Source: Auanema rhodensis (lineage: Eukaryota; Animalia; Nematoda). From it: a DNA stretch of 64,000 nucleotides. The notes beneath the pieces were generated by a model. That model saw only the letters and a list, made by a program, of their open reading frames with translations, was not told the origin of the DNA and searched no databases. Location of the stretch: positions 21,390,001 through 21,454,000 of the forward strand of contig OZ059895.1 of assembly GCA_964057225.1 (NCBI GenBank). Direction: 5' to 3'. A program made the position numbers and the translations under genes. Of the stretch, positions 40,014 through 53,351 are shown piece by piece (within the stretch, counting starts at the first letter, position 1; the number at the start of each line of letters is the position of its first letter).

Positions 40014-43000
40014 AACGATCATAACTAATTTTTGTATTAAGCGTTTCTCAATGTAGTATAGTGCATTCGATGCGGATTTTTAAGCTGCGTCGATCTGTGT
40101 TATCAGATTTGCGCTAGCTTAAAAATGCACCGAGATATCAACTGATATAAGTTCACACTTATATCCTCGATTTTCACCCTGAAAAATTAATTTTTTCGTT
40201 GAATAACATTGTCCATCGTCTTTGCCTTGAAAAAAGGAATCTAAAAACATCTCCTTTTTGCTAAATTATTTTGGAATTTTTCGAAAAAAGTTTTGTCAAA
40301 ATGTTTTTGGAAGCAATGTTGAGTGTACATGGAAACTCAACATACACTAATGCATCATTTTTCAAACGATCATAACTAATTTTTGTATTAAGCGTTTCTC
40401 AATGTAGTATAGTGCATTCGATGCGGATTTTTAAGCTGCGTCGATCTGTGTTATCAGATTTGCGCTAGCTTAAAAATGCACCGAGATATCAACTGATATA
40501 AGTTCACACTTATATCCTCAATTTTCACCCTGAAGAATTAATTTTTTCGTTGAATAACATTGTCCATCGTCTTTGCCTTGAAAAAAGGAATCTAAAAACA
40601 TCTACTTTTTGCTAAATTATTTTGAAATTTTTCGAAAAAATTTTTGTCAAAATGTTTTTGGAAGCAATGTTGAGTGTACATGGAAACTCAACATACACTA
40701 ATGCATCATTTTTCAAACGATCATAACTAATTTTTGTATTAAGCGTTTCTCAATGTAGTATAGTGCATTCGATGCGGATTTTTAAGCTGCGTCGATCTGT
40801 GTTATCAGATTTGCGCTAGCTTAAAAATGCACCGAGATATCAACTGATATAAGTTCACACTTATATCCTCGATTTTCACCCTGAAGAATTAATTTTTTCG
40901 TTGAATAACATTGTCCATCGTCTTTGCCTTGAAAAAAGGAATCTAAAAACATCTACTTTTTGCTAAATTATTTTGAAATTTTTCGAAAAAATTTTTGTCA
41001 AAATGTTTTTGGAAGCAATGTTGAGTGTACATGGAAACTCAACATACACTAATGCATCATTTTTCAAACGATCATAACTAATTTTTGTATTAAGCGTTTC
41101 TCAATGTAGTATAGTGCATTCGATGCGGATTTTTAAGCTGCGTCGATCTGTGTTATCAGATTTGCGCTAGCTTAAAAATGCACCGAGATATCAACTGATA
41201 TAAGTTCACACTTATATCCTCGATTTTCACCCTGAAAAATTAATTTTTTCGTTGAATAACATTGTCCATCGTCTTTGCCTTGAAAAAAGGAATCTAAAAA
41301 CATCTCCTTTTTGCTAAATTATTTTGGAATTTTTCGAAAAAAGTTTTGTCAAAATGTTTTTGGAAGCAATGTTGAGTGTACATGGAAACTCAACATACAC
41401 TAATGCATCATTTTTCAAACGATCATAACTAATTTTTGTATTAAGCGTTTCTCAATGTAGTATAGTGCATTCGATGCGGATTTTTAAGCTGCGTCGATCT
41501 GTGTTATCAGATTTGCGCTAGCTTAAAAATGCACCGAGATATCAACTGATATAAGTTCACACTTATATCCTCAATTTTCACCCTGAAGAATTAATTTTTT
41601 CGTTGAATAACATTGTCCATCGTCTTTGCCTTGAAAAAAGGAATCTAAAAACATCTACTTTTTGCTAAATTATTTTGAAATTTTTCGAAAAAATTTTTGT
41701 CAAAATGTTTTTGGAAGCAATGTTGAGTGTACATGGAAACTCAACATACACTAATGCATCATTTTTCAAACGATCATAACTAATTTTTGTATTAAGCGTT
41801 TCTTAATGTAGTATAGTGCATTCGATGCGGATTCTTAAGCTGCGTCGATCTGTGTTATCAGATTTGCGCTAGCTTAAAAATGCACCGAGATATCAACTGA
41901 TATAAGTTCACACTTATATCCTCAATTTTCACCCTGAAGAATTAATTTTTTCGTTGAATAACATTGTCCATCGTCTTTGCCTTGAAAAAAGGAATCTAAA
42001 AACATCTACTTTTTGCTAAATTATTTTGAAATTTTTCGAAAAAATTTTTGTCAAAATGTTTTTGGAAGCAATGTTGAGTGTACATGGAAACTCAACATAC
42101 ACTAATGCATCATTTTTCAAACGATCATAACTAATTTTTGTATTAAGCGTTTCTCAATGTAGTATAGTGCATTCGATGCGGATTTTTAAGCTGCGTCGAT
42201 CTGTGTTATCAGATTTGCGCTAGCTTAAAAATGCACCGAGATATCAACTGATATAAGTTCACACTTATATCCTCGATTTTCACCCTGAAAAATTAATTTT
42301 TTCGTTGAATAACATTGTCCATCGTCTTTGCCTTGAAAAAAGGAATCTAAAAACATCTCCTTTTTGCTAAATTATTTTGGAATTTTTCGAAAAAAGTTTT
42401 GTCAAAATGTTTTTGGAAGCAATGTTGAGTGTACATGGAAACTCAACATACACTAATGCATCATTTTTCAAACGATCATAACTAATTTTTGTATTAAGCG
42501 TTTCTCAATGTAGTATAGTGCATTCGATGCGGATTTTTAAGCTGCGTCGATCTGTGTTATCAGATTTGCGCTAGCTTAAAAATGCACCGAGATATCAACT
42601 GATATAAGTTCACACTTATATCCTCAATTTTCACCCTGAAGAATTAATTTTTTCGTTGAATAACATTGTCCATCGTCTTTGCCTTGAAAAAAGGAATCTA
42701 AAAACATCTACTTTTTGCTAAATTATTTTGAAATTTTTCGAAAAAATTTTTGTCAAAATGTTTTTGGAAGCAATGTTGAGTGTACATGGAAACTCAACAT
42801 ACACTAATGCATCATTTTTCAAACGATCATAACTAATTTTTGTATTAAGCGTTTCTTAATGTAGTATAGTGCATTCGATGCGGATTTTTAAGCTGCGTCG
42901 ATCTGTGTTATCAGATTTGCGCTAGCTTAAAAATGCACCGAGATATCAACTGATATAAGTTCACACTTATATCCTCAATTTTCACCCTGAAGAATTAATT

Positions 43001-43172
43001 TTTTCGTTGAATAACATTGTCCATCGTCTTTGCCTTGAAAAAAGGAATCTAAAAACATCTACTTTTTGCTAAATTATTTTGAAATTTTTCGAAAAAATTT
43101 TTGTCAAAATGTTTTTGGAAGCAATGTTGAGTGTACATGGAAACTCAACATACACTAATGCATCATTTTTCA
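40014..43172. repeat. 3-monomer higher-order repeat, three copies (M115-123)
   Basis: G171A+Y at M115, M118 and M121, each followed by a G156A monomer; C36T at M120 and M123. Confidence 0.83.
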
Positions 43173-46100
43173 AACGATCATAACTAATTTTTGTATTAAG
43201 CGTTTCTCAATGTAGTATAGTGCATTCGATGCGGATTTTTAAGCTGCGTCGATCTGTGTTATCAGATTTGCGCTAGCTTAAAAATGCACCGAGATATCAA
43301 CTGATATAAGTTCACACTTATATCCTCAATTTTCACCCTGAAGAATTAATTTTTTCGTTGAATAACATTGTCCATCGTCTTTGCCTTGAAAAAAGGAATC
43401 TAAAAACATCTACTTTTTGCTAAATTATTTTGAAATTTTTCGAAAAAATTTTTGTCAAAATGTTTTTGGAAGCAATGTTGAGTGTACATGGAAACTCAAC
43501 ATACACTAATGCATCATTTTTCAAACGATCATAACTAATTTTTGTATTAAGCGTTTCTCAATGTAGTATAGTGCATTCGATGCGGATTTTTAAGCTGCGT
43601 CGATCTGTGTTATCAGATTTGCGCTAGCTTAAAAATGCACCGAGATATCAACTGATATAAGTTCACACTTATATCCTCAATTTTCACCCTGAAGAATTAA
43701 TTTTTTCGTTGAATAACATTGTCCATCGTCTTTGCCTTGAAAAAAGGAATCTAAAAACATCTACTTTTTGCTAAATTATTTTGAAATTTTTCGAAAAAAT
43801 TTTTGTCAAAATGTTTTTGGAAGCAATGTTGAGTGTACATGGAAACTCAACATACACTAATGCATCATTTTTCAAACGATCATAACTAATTTTTGTATTA
43901 AGCGTTTCTCAATGTAGTATAGTGCATTCGATGCGGATTTTTAAGCTGCGTCGATCTGTGTTATCAGATTTGCGCTAGCTTAAAAATGCACCGAGATATC
44001 AACAGATATAAGTTCACACTTATATCCTCGATTTTCACCCTGAAGAATTAATTTTTTCGTTGAATAACATTGTCCATCGTCTTTGCCTTGAAAAAAGGAA
44101 TCTAAAAACATCTACTTTTTGCTAAATTATTTTGAAATTTTTCGAAAAAATTTTTGTCAAAATGTTTTTGGAAGCAATGTTGAGTGTACATGGAAACTCA
44201 ACATACACTAATGCATCATTTTTCAAACGATCATAACTAATTTTTGTATTAAGCGTTTCTCAATGTAGTATAGTGCATTCGATGCGGATTTTTAAGCTGC
44301 GTCGATCTGTGTTATCAGATTTGCGCTAGCTTAAAAATGCACCGAGATATCAACTGATATAAGTTCACACTTATATCCTCGATTTTCACCCTGAAGAATT
44401 AATTTTTTCGTTGAATAACATTGTCCATCGTCTTTGCCTTGAAAAAAGGAATCTAAAAACATCTCCTTTTTGCTAAATTATTTTGGAATTTTTCGAAAAA
44501 AGTTTTGTCAAAATGTTTTTGGAAGCAATGTTGAGTGTACATGGAAACTCAACATACACTAATGCATCATTTTTCAAACGATCATAACTAATTTTTGTAT
44601 TAAGCGTTTCTCAATGTAGTATAGTGCATTCGATGCGGATTTTTAAGCTGCGTCGATCTGTGTTATCAGATTTGCGCTAGCTTAAAAATGCACCGAGATA
44701 TCAACTGATATAAGTTCACACTTATATCCTCGATTTTCACCCTGAAGAATTAATTTTTTCGTTGAATAACATTGTCCATCGTCTTTGCCTTGAAAAAAGG
44801 AATCTAAAAACATCTACTTTTTGCTAAATTATTTTGAAATTTTTCGAAAAAATTTTTGTCAAAATGTTTTTGGAAGCAATGTTGAGTGTACATGGAAACT
44901 CAACATACACTAATGCATCATTTTTCAAACGATCATAACTAATTTTTGTATTGAGCGTTTCTCAATGTAGTATAGTGCATTCGATGCGGATTTTTAAGCA
45001 GCGTCGATCTGTGTTATCAGATTTGCGCTAGCTTAAAAATGCACCGAGATATCAACTGATATAAGTTCACACTTATATCCTCAATTTTCACCCTGAAGAA
45101 TTAATTTTTTCGTTGAATAACATTGTCCATCGTCTTTGCCTTGAAAAAAGGAATCTAAAAACATCTACTTTTTGCTAAATTATTTTGAAATTTTTCGAAA
45201 AAATTTTTGTCAAAATGTTTTTGGAAGCAATGTTGAGTGTACATGGAAACTCAACATACACTAATGCATCATTTTTCAAACGATCATAACTAATTTTTGT
45301 ATTAAGCGTTTCTCAATGTAGTATAGTGCATTCGATGCGGATTTTTAAGCTGCGTCGATCTGTGTTATCAGATTTGCGCTAGCTTAAAAATGCACCGAGA
45401 TATCAACTGATATAAGTTCACACTTATATCCTCAATTTTCACCCTGAAGAATTAATTTTTTCGTTGAATAACATTGTCCATCGTCTTTGCCTTGAAAAAA
45501 GGAATCTAAAAACATCTACTTTTTGCTAAATTATTTTGAAATTTTTCGAAAAAATTTTTGTCAAAATGTTTTTGGAAGCAATGTTGAGTGTACATGGAAA
45601 CTCAACATACACTAATGCATCATTTTTCAAACGATCATAACTAATTTTTGTATTAAGCGTTTCTCAATGTAGTATAGTGCATTCGATGCGGATTTTTAAG
45701 CTGCGTCGATCTGTGTTATCAGATTTGCGCTAGCTTAAAAATGCACCGAGATATCAACTGATATAAGTTCACACTTATATCCTCAATTTTCACCCTGAAG
45801 AATTAATTTTTTCGTTGAATAACATTGTCCATCGTCTTTGCCTTGAAAAAAGGAATCTAAAAACATCTACTTTTTGCTAAATTATTTTGAAATTTTTCGA
45901 AAAAATTTTTGTCAAAATGTTTTTGGAAGCAATGTTGAGTGTACATGGAAACTCAACATACACTAATGCATCATTTTTCAAACGATCATAACTAATTTTT
46001 GTATTAAGCGTTTCTCAATGTAGTATAGTGCATTCGATGCGGATTTTTAAGCTGCGTCGATCTGTGTTATCAGATTTGCGCTAGCTTAAAAATGCACCGA

Positions 46101-47735
46101 GATATCAACTGATATAAGTTCACACTTATATCCTCAATTTTCACCCTGAAGAATTAATTTTTTCGTTGAATAACATTGTCCATCGTCTTTGCCTTGAAAA
46201 AAGGAATCTAAAAACATCTACTTTTTGCTAAATTATTTTGAAATTTTTCGAAAAAATTTTTGTCAAAATGTTTTTGGAAGCAATGTTGAGTGTACATGGA
46301 AACTCAACATACACTAATGCATCATTTTTCAAACGATCATAACTAATTTTTGTATTAAGCGTTTCTCAATGTAGTATAGTGCATTCGATGCGGATTTTTA
46401 AGCTGCGTCGATCTGTGTTATCAGATTTGCGCTAGCTTAAAAATGCACCGAGATATCAACTGATATAAGTTCACACTTATATCCTCAATTTTCACCCTGA
46501 AGAATTAATTTTTTCGTTGAATAACATTGTCCATCGTCTTTGCCTTGAAAAAAGGAATCTAAAAACATCTACTTTTTGCTAAATTATTTTGAAATTTTTC
46601 GAAAAAATTTTTGTCAAAATGTTTTTGGAAGCAATGTTGAGTGTACATGGAAACTCAACATACACTAATGCATCATTTTTCAAACGATCATAACTAATTT
46701 TTGTATTAAGCGTTTCTCAATGTAGTATAGTGCATTCGATGCGGATTTTTAAGCTGCGTCGATCTGTGTTATCAGATTTGCGCTAGCTTAAAAATGCACC
46801 GAGATATCAACAGATATAAGTTCACACTTATATCCTCGATTTTCACCCTGAAGAATTAATTTTTTCGTTGAATAACATTGTCCATCGTCTTTGCCTTGAA
46901 AAAAGGAATCTAAAAACATCTACTTTTTGCTAAATTATTTTGAAATTTTTCGAAAAAATTTTTGTCAAAATGTTTTTGGAAGCAATGTTGAGTGTACATG
47001 GAAACTCAACATACACTAATGCATCATTTTTCAAACGATCATAACTAATTTTTGTATTAAGCGTTTCTCAATGTAGTATAGTGCATTCGATGCGGATTTT
47101 TAAGCTGCGTCGATCTGTGTTATCAGATTTGCGCTAGCTTAAAAATGCACCGAGATATCAACTGATATAAGTTCACACTTATATCCTCGATTTTCACCCT
47201 GAAGAATTAATTTTTTCGTTGAATAACATTGTCCATCGTCTTTGCCTTGAAAAAAGGAATCTAAAAACATCTCCTTTTTGCTAAATTATTTTGGAATTTT
47301 TCGAAAAAAGTTTTGTCAAAATGTTTTTGGAAGCAATGTTGAGTGTACATGGAAACTCAACATACACTAATGCATCATTTTTCAAACGATCATAACTAAT
47401 TTTTGTATTAAGCGTTTCTCAATGTAGTATAGTGCATTCGATGCGGATTTTTAAGCTGCGTCGATCTGTGTTATCAGATTTGCGCTAGCTTAAAAATGCA
47501 CCGAGATATCAACTGATATAAGTTCACACTTATATCCTCGATTTTCACCCTGAAGAATTAATTTTTTCGTTGAATAACATTGTCCATCGTCTTTGCCTTG
47601 AAAAAAGGAATCTAAAAACATCTACTTTTTGCTAAATTATTTTGAAATTTTTCGAAAAAATTTTTGTCAAAATGTTTTTGGAAGCAATGTTGAGTGTACA
47701 TGGAAACTCAACATACACTAATGCATCATTTTTCA
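43173..47735. repeat. Duplication with 8-monomer period (M124-128 = M132-136)
   Basis: G156A; G156A; T130A; Y; consensus, repeated 2808 bp apart. T130A is seen only in M126 and M134. Confidence 0.8.
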
Positions 47736-50700
47736 AACGATCATAACTAATTTTTGTATTAAGCGTTTCTCAATGTAGTATAGTGCATTCGATGCGGATT
47801 TTTAAGCTGCGTCGATCTGTGTTATCAGATTTGCGCTAGCTTAAAAATGCACCGAGATATCAACTGATATAAGTTCACACTTATATCCTCGATTTTCACC
47901 CTGAAGAATTAATTTTTTCGTTGAATAACATTGTCCATCGTCTTTGCCTTGAAAAAAGGAATCTAAAAACATCTACTTTTTGCTAAATTATTTTGAAATT
48001 TTTCGAAAAAATTTTTGTCAAAATGTTTTTGGAAGCAATGTTGAGTGTACATGGAAACTCAACATACACTAATGCATCATTTTTCAAACGATCATAACTA
48101 ATTTTTGTATTAAGCGTTTCTCAATGTAGTATAGTGCATTCGATGCGGATTTTTAAGCTGCGTCGATCTGTGTTATCAGATTTGCGCTAGCTTAAAAATG
48201 CACCGAGATATCAACTGATATAAGTTCACACTTATATCCTCGATTTTCACCCTGAAAAATTAATTTTTTCGTTGAATAACATTGTCTATCGTCTTTGCCT
48301 TGAAAAAAGTAATCTAAAAACATCTCCTTTTTGCTAAATTATTTTGGAATTTTTCGAAAAAAGTTTTGTCAAAATGTTTTTGGAAGCAATGTTGAGTGTA
48401 CATGGAAACTCAACATACACTAATGCATCATTTTTCAAACGATCATAACTAATTTTTGTATTAAGCGTTTCTCAATGTAGTATAGTGCATTCGATGCGGA
48501 TTTTTAAGCTGCGTCGATCTGTGTTATCAGATTTGCGCTAGCTTAAAAATGCACCGAGATATCAACTGATATAAGTTCACACTTATATCCTCGATTTTCA
48601 CCCTGAAGAATTAATTTTTTCGTTGAATAACATTGTCCATCGTCTTTGCCTTGAAAAAAGGAATCTAAAAACATCTACTTTTTGCTAAATTATTTTGGAA
48701 TTTTTCGAAAAAAGTTTTGTCAAAATGTTTTTGGAAGCAATGTTGAGTGTACATGGAAACTCAACATACACTAATGCATCATTTTTCAAACGATCATAAC
48801 TAATTTTTGTATTGAGCGTTTCTCAATGTAGTATAGTGCATTCGATGCGGATTTTTAAGCAGCGTCGATCTGTGTTATCAGATTTGCGCTAGCTTAAAAA
48901 TGCACCGAGATATCAACTGATATAAGTTCACACTTATATCCTCAATTTTCACCCTGAAGAATTAATTTTTTCGTTGAATAACATTGTCCATCGTCTTTGC
49001 CTTGAAAAAAGGAATCTAAAAACATCTACTTTTTGCTAAATTATTTTGAAATTTTTTGAAAAAATTTTTGTCAAAATGTTTTTGGAAGCAATGTTGAGTG
49101 TACATGGAAACTCAACATACACTAATGCATCATTTTTCAAACGATCATAACTAATTTTTGTAATAAGCGTTTCTCAATGTAGTATAGTGCATTCGATGCG
49201 GATTTTTAAGCTGCGTCGATCTGTGTTATCAGATTTGCGCTAGCTTAAAAATGCACCGAGATATCAACTGATATAAGTTCACACTTATATCCTCGATTTT
49301 CACCCTGAAGAATTAATTTTTTCGTTGAATAACATTGTCCATCGTCTTTGCCTTGAAAAAAGGAATCTAAAAACATCTACTTTTTGCTAAATTATTTTGA
49401 AATTTTTCGAAAAAATTTTTGTCAAAATGTTTTTGGAAGCAATGTTGAGTGTACATGGAAACTCAACATACACTAATGCATCATTTTTCAAACGATCATA
49501 ACTAATTTTTGTATTAAGCGTTTCTCAATGTAGTATAGTGCATTCGATGCGGATTTTTAAGCTGCGTCGATCTGTGTTATCAGATTTGCGCTAGCTTAAA
49601 AATGCACCGAGATATCAACTGATATAAGTTCACACTTATATTCTCGATTTTCACCCTGAAGAATTAATTTTTTCGTTGAATAACATTGTCCATCGTCTTT
49701 GCCTTGAAAAAAGGAATCTAAAAACATCTACTTTTTGCTAAATTATTTTGAAATTTTTCGAAAAAATTTTTGTCAAAATGTTTTTGGAAGCAATGTTGAG
49801 TGTACATGGAAACTCAACATACACTAATGCATCATTTTTCAAACGATCATAACTAATTTTTGTATTAAGCGTTTCTCAATGTAGTATAGTGCATTCGATG
49901 CGGATTTTTAAGCTGCGTCGATCTGTGTTATCAGATTTGCGCTAGCTTAAAAATGCACCGAGATATCAACTGATATAAGTTCACACTTATATCCTCGATT
50001 TTCACCCTGAAAAATTAATTTTTTCGTTGAATAACATTGTCCATCGTCTTTGCCTTGAAAAAAGTAATCTAAAAACATCTCCTTTTTGCTAAATTATTTT
50101 GGAATTTTTCGAAAAAAGTTTTGTCAAAATGTTTTTGGAAGCAATGTTGAGTGTACATGGAAACTCAACATACACTAATGCATCATTTTTCAAACGATCA
50201 TAACTAATTTTTGTATTAAGCGTTTCTCAATGTAGTATAGTGCATTCGATGCGGATTTTTAAGCTGCGTCGATCTGTGTTATCAGATTTGCGCTAGCTTA
50301 AAAATGCACCGAGATATCAACTGATATAAGTTCACACTTATATCCTCGATTTTCACCCTGAAGAATTAATTTTTTCGTTGAATAACATTGTCCATCGTCT
50401 TTGCCTTGAAAAAAGGAATCTAAAAACATCTACTTTTTGCTAAATTATTTTGGAATTTTTCGAAAAAAGTTTTGTCAAAATGTTTTTGGAAGCAATGTTG
50501 AGTGTACATGGAAACTCAACATACACTAATGCATCATTTTTCAAACGATCATAACTAATTTTTGTATTGAGCGTTTCTCAATGTAGTATAGTGCATTCGA
50601 TGCGGATTTTTAAGCAGCGTCGATCTGTGTTATCAGATTTGCGCTAGCTTAAAAATGCACCGAGATATCAACTGATATAAGTTCACACTTATATCCTCAA

Positions 50701-51245
50701 TTTTCACCCTGAAGAATTAATTTTTTCGTTGAATAACATTGTCCATCGTCTTTGCCTTGAAAAAAGGAATCTAAAAACATCTACTTTTTGCTAAATTATT
50801 TTGAAATTTTTTGAAAAAATTTTTGTCAAAATGTTTTTGGAAGCAATGTTGAGTGTACATGGAAACTCAACATACACTAATGCATCATTTTTCAAACGAT
50901 CATAACTAATTTTTGTAATAAGCGTTTCTCAATGTAGTATAGTGCATTCGATGCGGATTTTTAAGCTGCGTCGATCTGTGTTATCAGATTTGCGCTAGCT
51001 TAAAAATGCACCGAGATATCAACTGATATAAGTTCACACTTATATCCTCGATTTTCACCCTGAAGAATTAATTTTTTCGTTGAATAACATTGTCCATCGT
51101 CTTTGCCTTGAAAAAAGGAATCTAAAAACATCTACTTTTTGCTAAATTATTTTGAAATTTTTCGAAAAAATTTTTGTCAAAATGTTTTTGGAAGCAATGT
51201 TGAGTGTACATGGAAACTCAACATACACTAATGCATCATTTTTCA
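47736..51245. repeat. 5-monomer tandem duplication (M137-141 ~ M142-146)
   Basis: Near-consensus; G171A+G224T+Y; A261G+T277G; A26G+T73A+G156A+C269T; T24A, occurring twice. Confidence 0.87.
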
Positions 51246-53351
51246 AACGATCATAACTAATTTTTGTATTAAGCGTTTCTCAATGTAGTATAGTGCATTC
51301 GATGCGGATTTTTAAGCTGCGTCGATCTGTGTTATCAGATTTGCGCTAGCTTAAAAATGCACCGAGATATCAACTGATATAAGTTCACACTTATATCCTC
51401 GATTTTCACCCTGAAGAATTAATTTTTTCGTTGAATAACATTGTCCATCGTCTTTGCCTTGAAAAAACGAATCTAAAAACATCTACTTTTTGCTAAATTA
51501 TTTTGAAATTTTTCGAAAAAATTTTTGTCAAAATGTTTTTGGAAGCAATGTTGAGTGTACATGGAAACTCAACATACACTAATGCATCATTTTTCAAACG
51601 ATCATAACTAATTTTTGTATTGAGCGTTTCTCAATGTAGTATAGTGCATTCGATGCGGATTTTTAAGCAGCGTCGATCTGTGTTATCAGATTTGCGCTAG
51701 CTTAAAAATGCACCGAGATATCAACTGATATAAGTTCACACTTATATCCTCGATTTTCACCCTGAAAAATTAATTTTTTCGTTGAATAACATTGTCCATC
51801 GTCTTTGCCTTGAAAAAAGGAATCTAAAAACATCTCCTTTTTGCTAAATTATTTTGGAATTTTTCGAAAAAAGTTTTGTCAAAATGTTTTTGGAAGCAAT
51901 GTTGAGTGTACATGGAAACTCAACATACACTAATGCATCATTTTTCAAACGATCATAACTAATTTTTGTATTGAGCGTTTCTCGATGTAGTATAGTGCAT
52001 TCGATGCGGATTTTTAAGCAGCGTCGATCTGTGTTATCAGATTTGCGCTAGCTTAAAAATGCACCGAGATATCAACTGATATAAGTTCACACTTATATCC
52101 TCGATTTTCACCCTGAAAAATTAATTTTTTCGTTGAATAACATTGTCCATCGTCTTTGCCTTGAAAAAAGGAATCTAAAAACATCTCCTTTTTGCTAAAT
52201 TATTTTGGAATTTTTCGAAAAAAGTTTTGTCAAAATGTTTTTGGAAGCAATGTTGAGTGTACATGGAAACTCAACATACACTAATGCATCATTTTTCAAA
52301 CGATCATAACTAATTTTTGTATTGAGCGTTTCTCAATGTAGTATAGTGCATTCGATGCGGATTTTTAAGCAGCGTCGATCTGTGTTATCAGATTTGCGCT
52401 AGCTTAAAAATGCACCGAGATATCAACTGATATAAGTTCACACTTATATCCTCAATTTTCACCCTGAAGAATTAATTTTTTCGTTGAATAACATTGTCCA
52501 TCGTCTTTGCCTTGAAAAAAGGAATCTAAAAACATCTACTTTTTGCTAAATTATTTTGAAATTTTTCGAAAAAATTTTTGTCAAAATGTTTTTGGAAGCA
52601 ATGTTGAGTGTACATGGAAACTCAACATACACTAATGCATCATTTTTCAAACGATCATAACTAATTTTTGTATTAAGCGTTTCTCAATGTAGTATAGTGC
52701 ATTCGATGCGGATTTTTAAGCTGCGTCGATCTGTGTTATCAGATTTGCGCTAGCTTAAAAATGCACCGAGATATCAACTGATATAAGTTCACACTTATAT
52801 CCTCGATTTTCACCCTGAAGAATTAATTTTTTCGTTGAATAACATTGTCCATCGTCTTTGCCTTGAAAAAAGGAATCTAAAAACATCTACTTTTTGCTAA
52901 ATTATTTTGAAATTTTTCGAAAAAATTTTTGTCAAAATGTTTTTGGAAGCAATGTTGAGTGTACATGGAAACTCAACATACACTAATGCATCATTTTTCA
53001 AACGATCATAACTAATTTTTGTATTGAGCGTTTCTCAATGTAGTATAGTGCATTCGATGCGGATTTTTAAGCAGCGTCGATCTGTGTTATCAGATTTGCA
53101 CTAGCTTAAAAATGCACCGAGATATCAACTGATATAAGTTCACACTTATATCCTCGATTTTCACCCTGAAGAATTAATTTTTTCGTTGAATAACATTGTC
53201 CATCGTCTTTGCCTTGAAAAAAGGAATCTAAAAACATCTCCTTTTTGCTAAATTATTTTGAAATTTTTCGAAAAAATTTTTGTCAAAATGTTTTTGGAAG
53301 CAATGTTGAGTGTACATGGAAACTCAACATACACTAATGCATCATTTTCCA

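Noticed and set aside
45279-46682. Run of four identical G156A monomers as a special element
   Set aside because: Explained by recent single-monomer amplification of a common type; the exact copy number could also be an assembly uncertainty.
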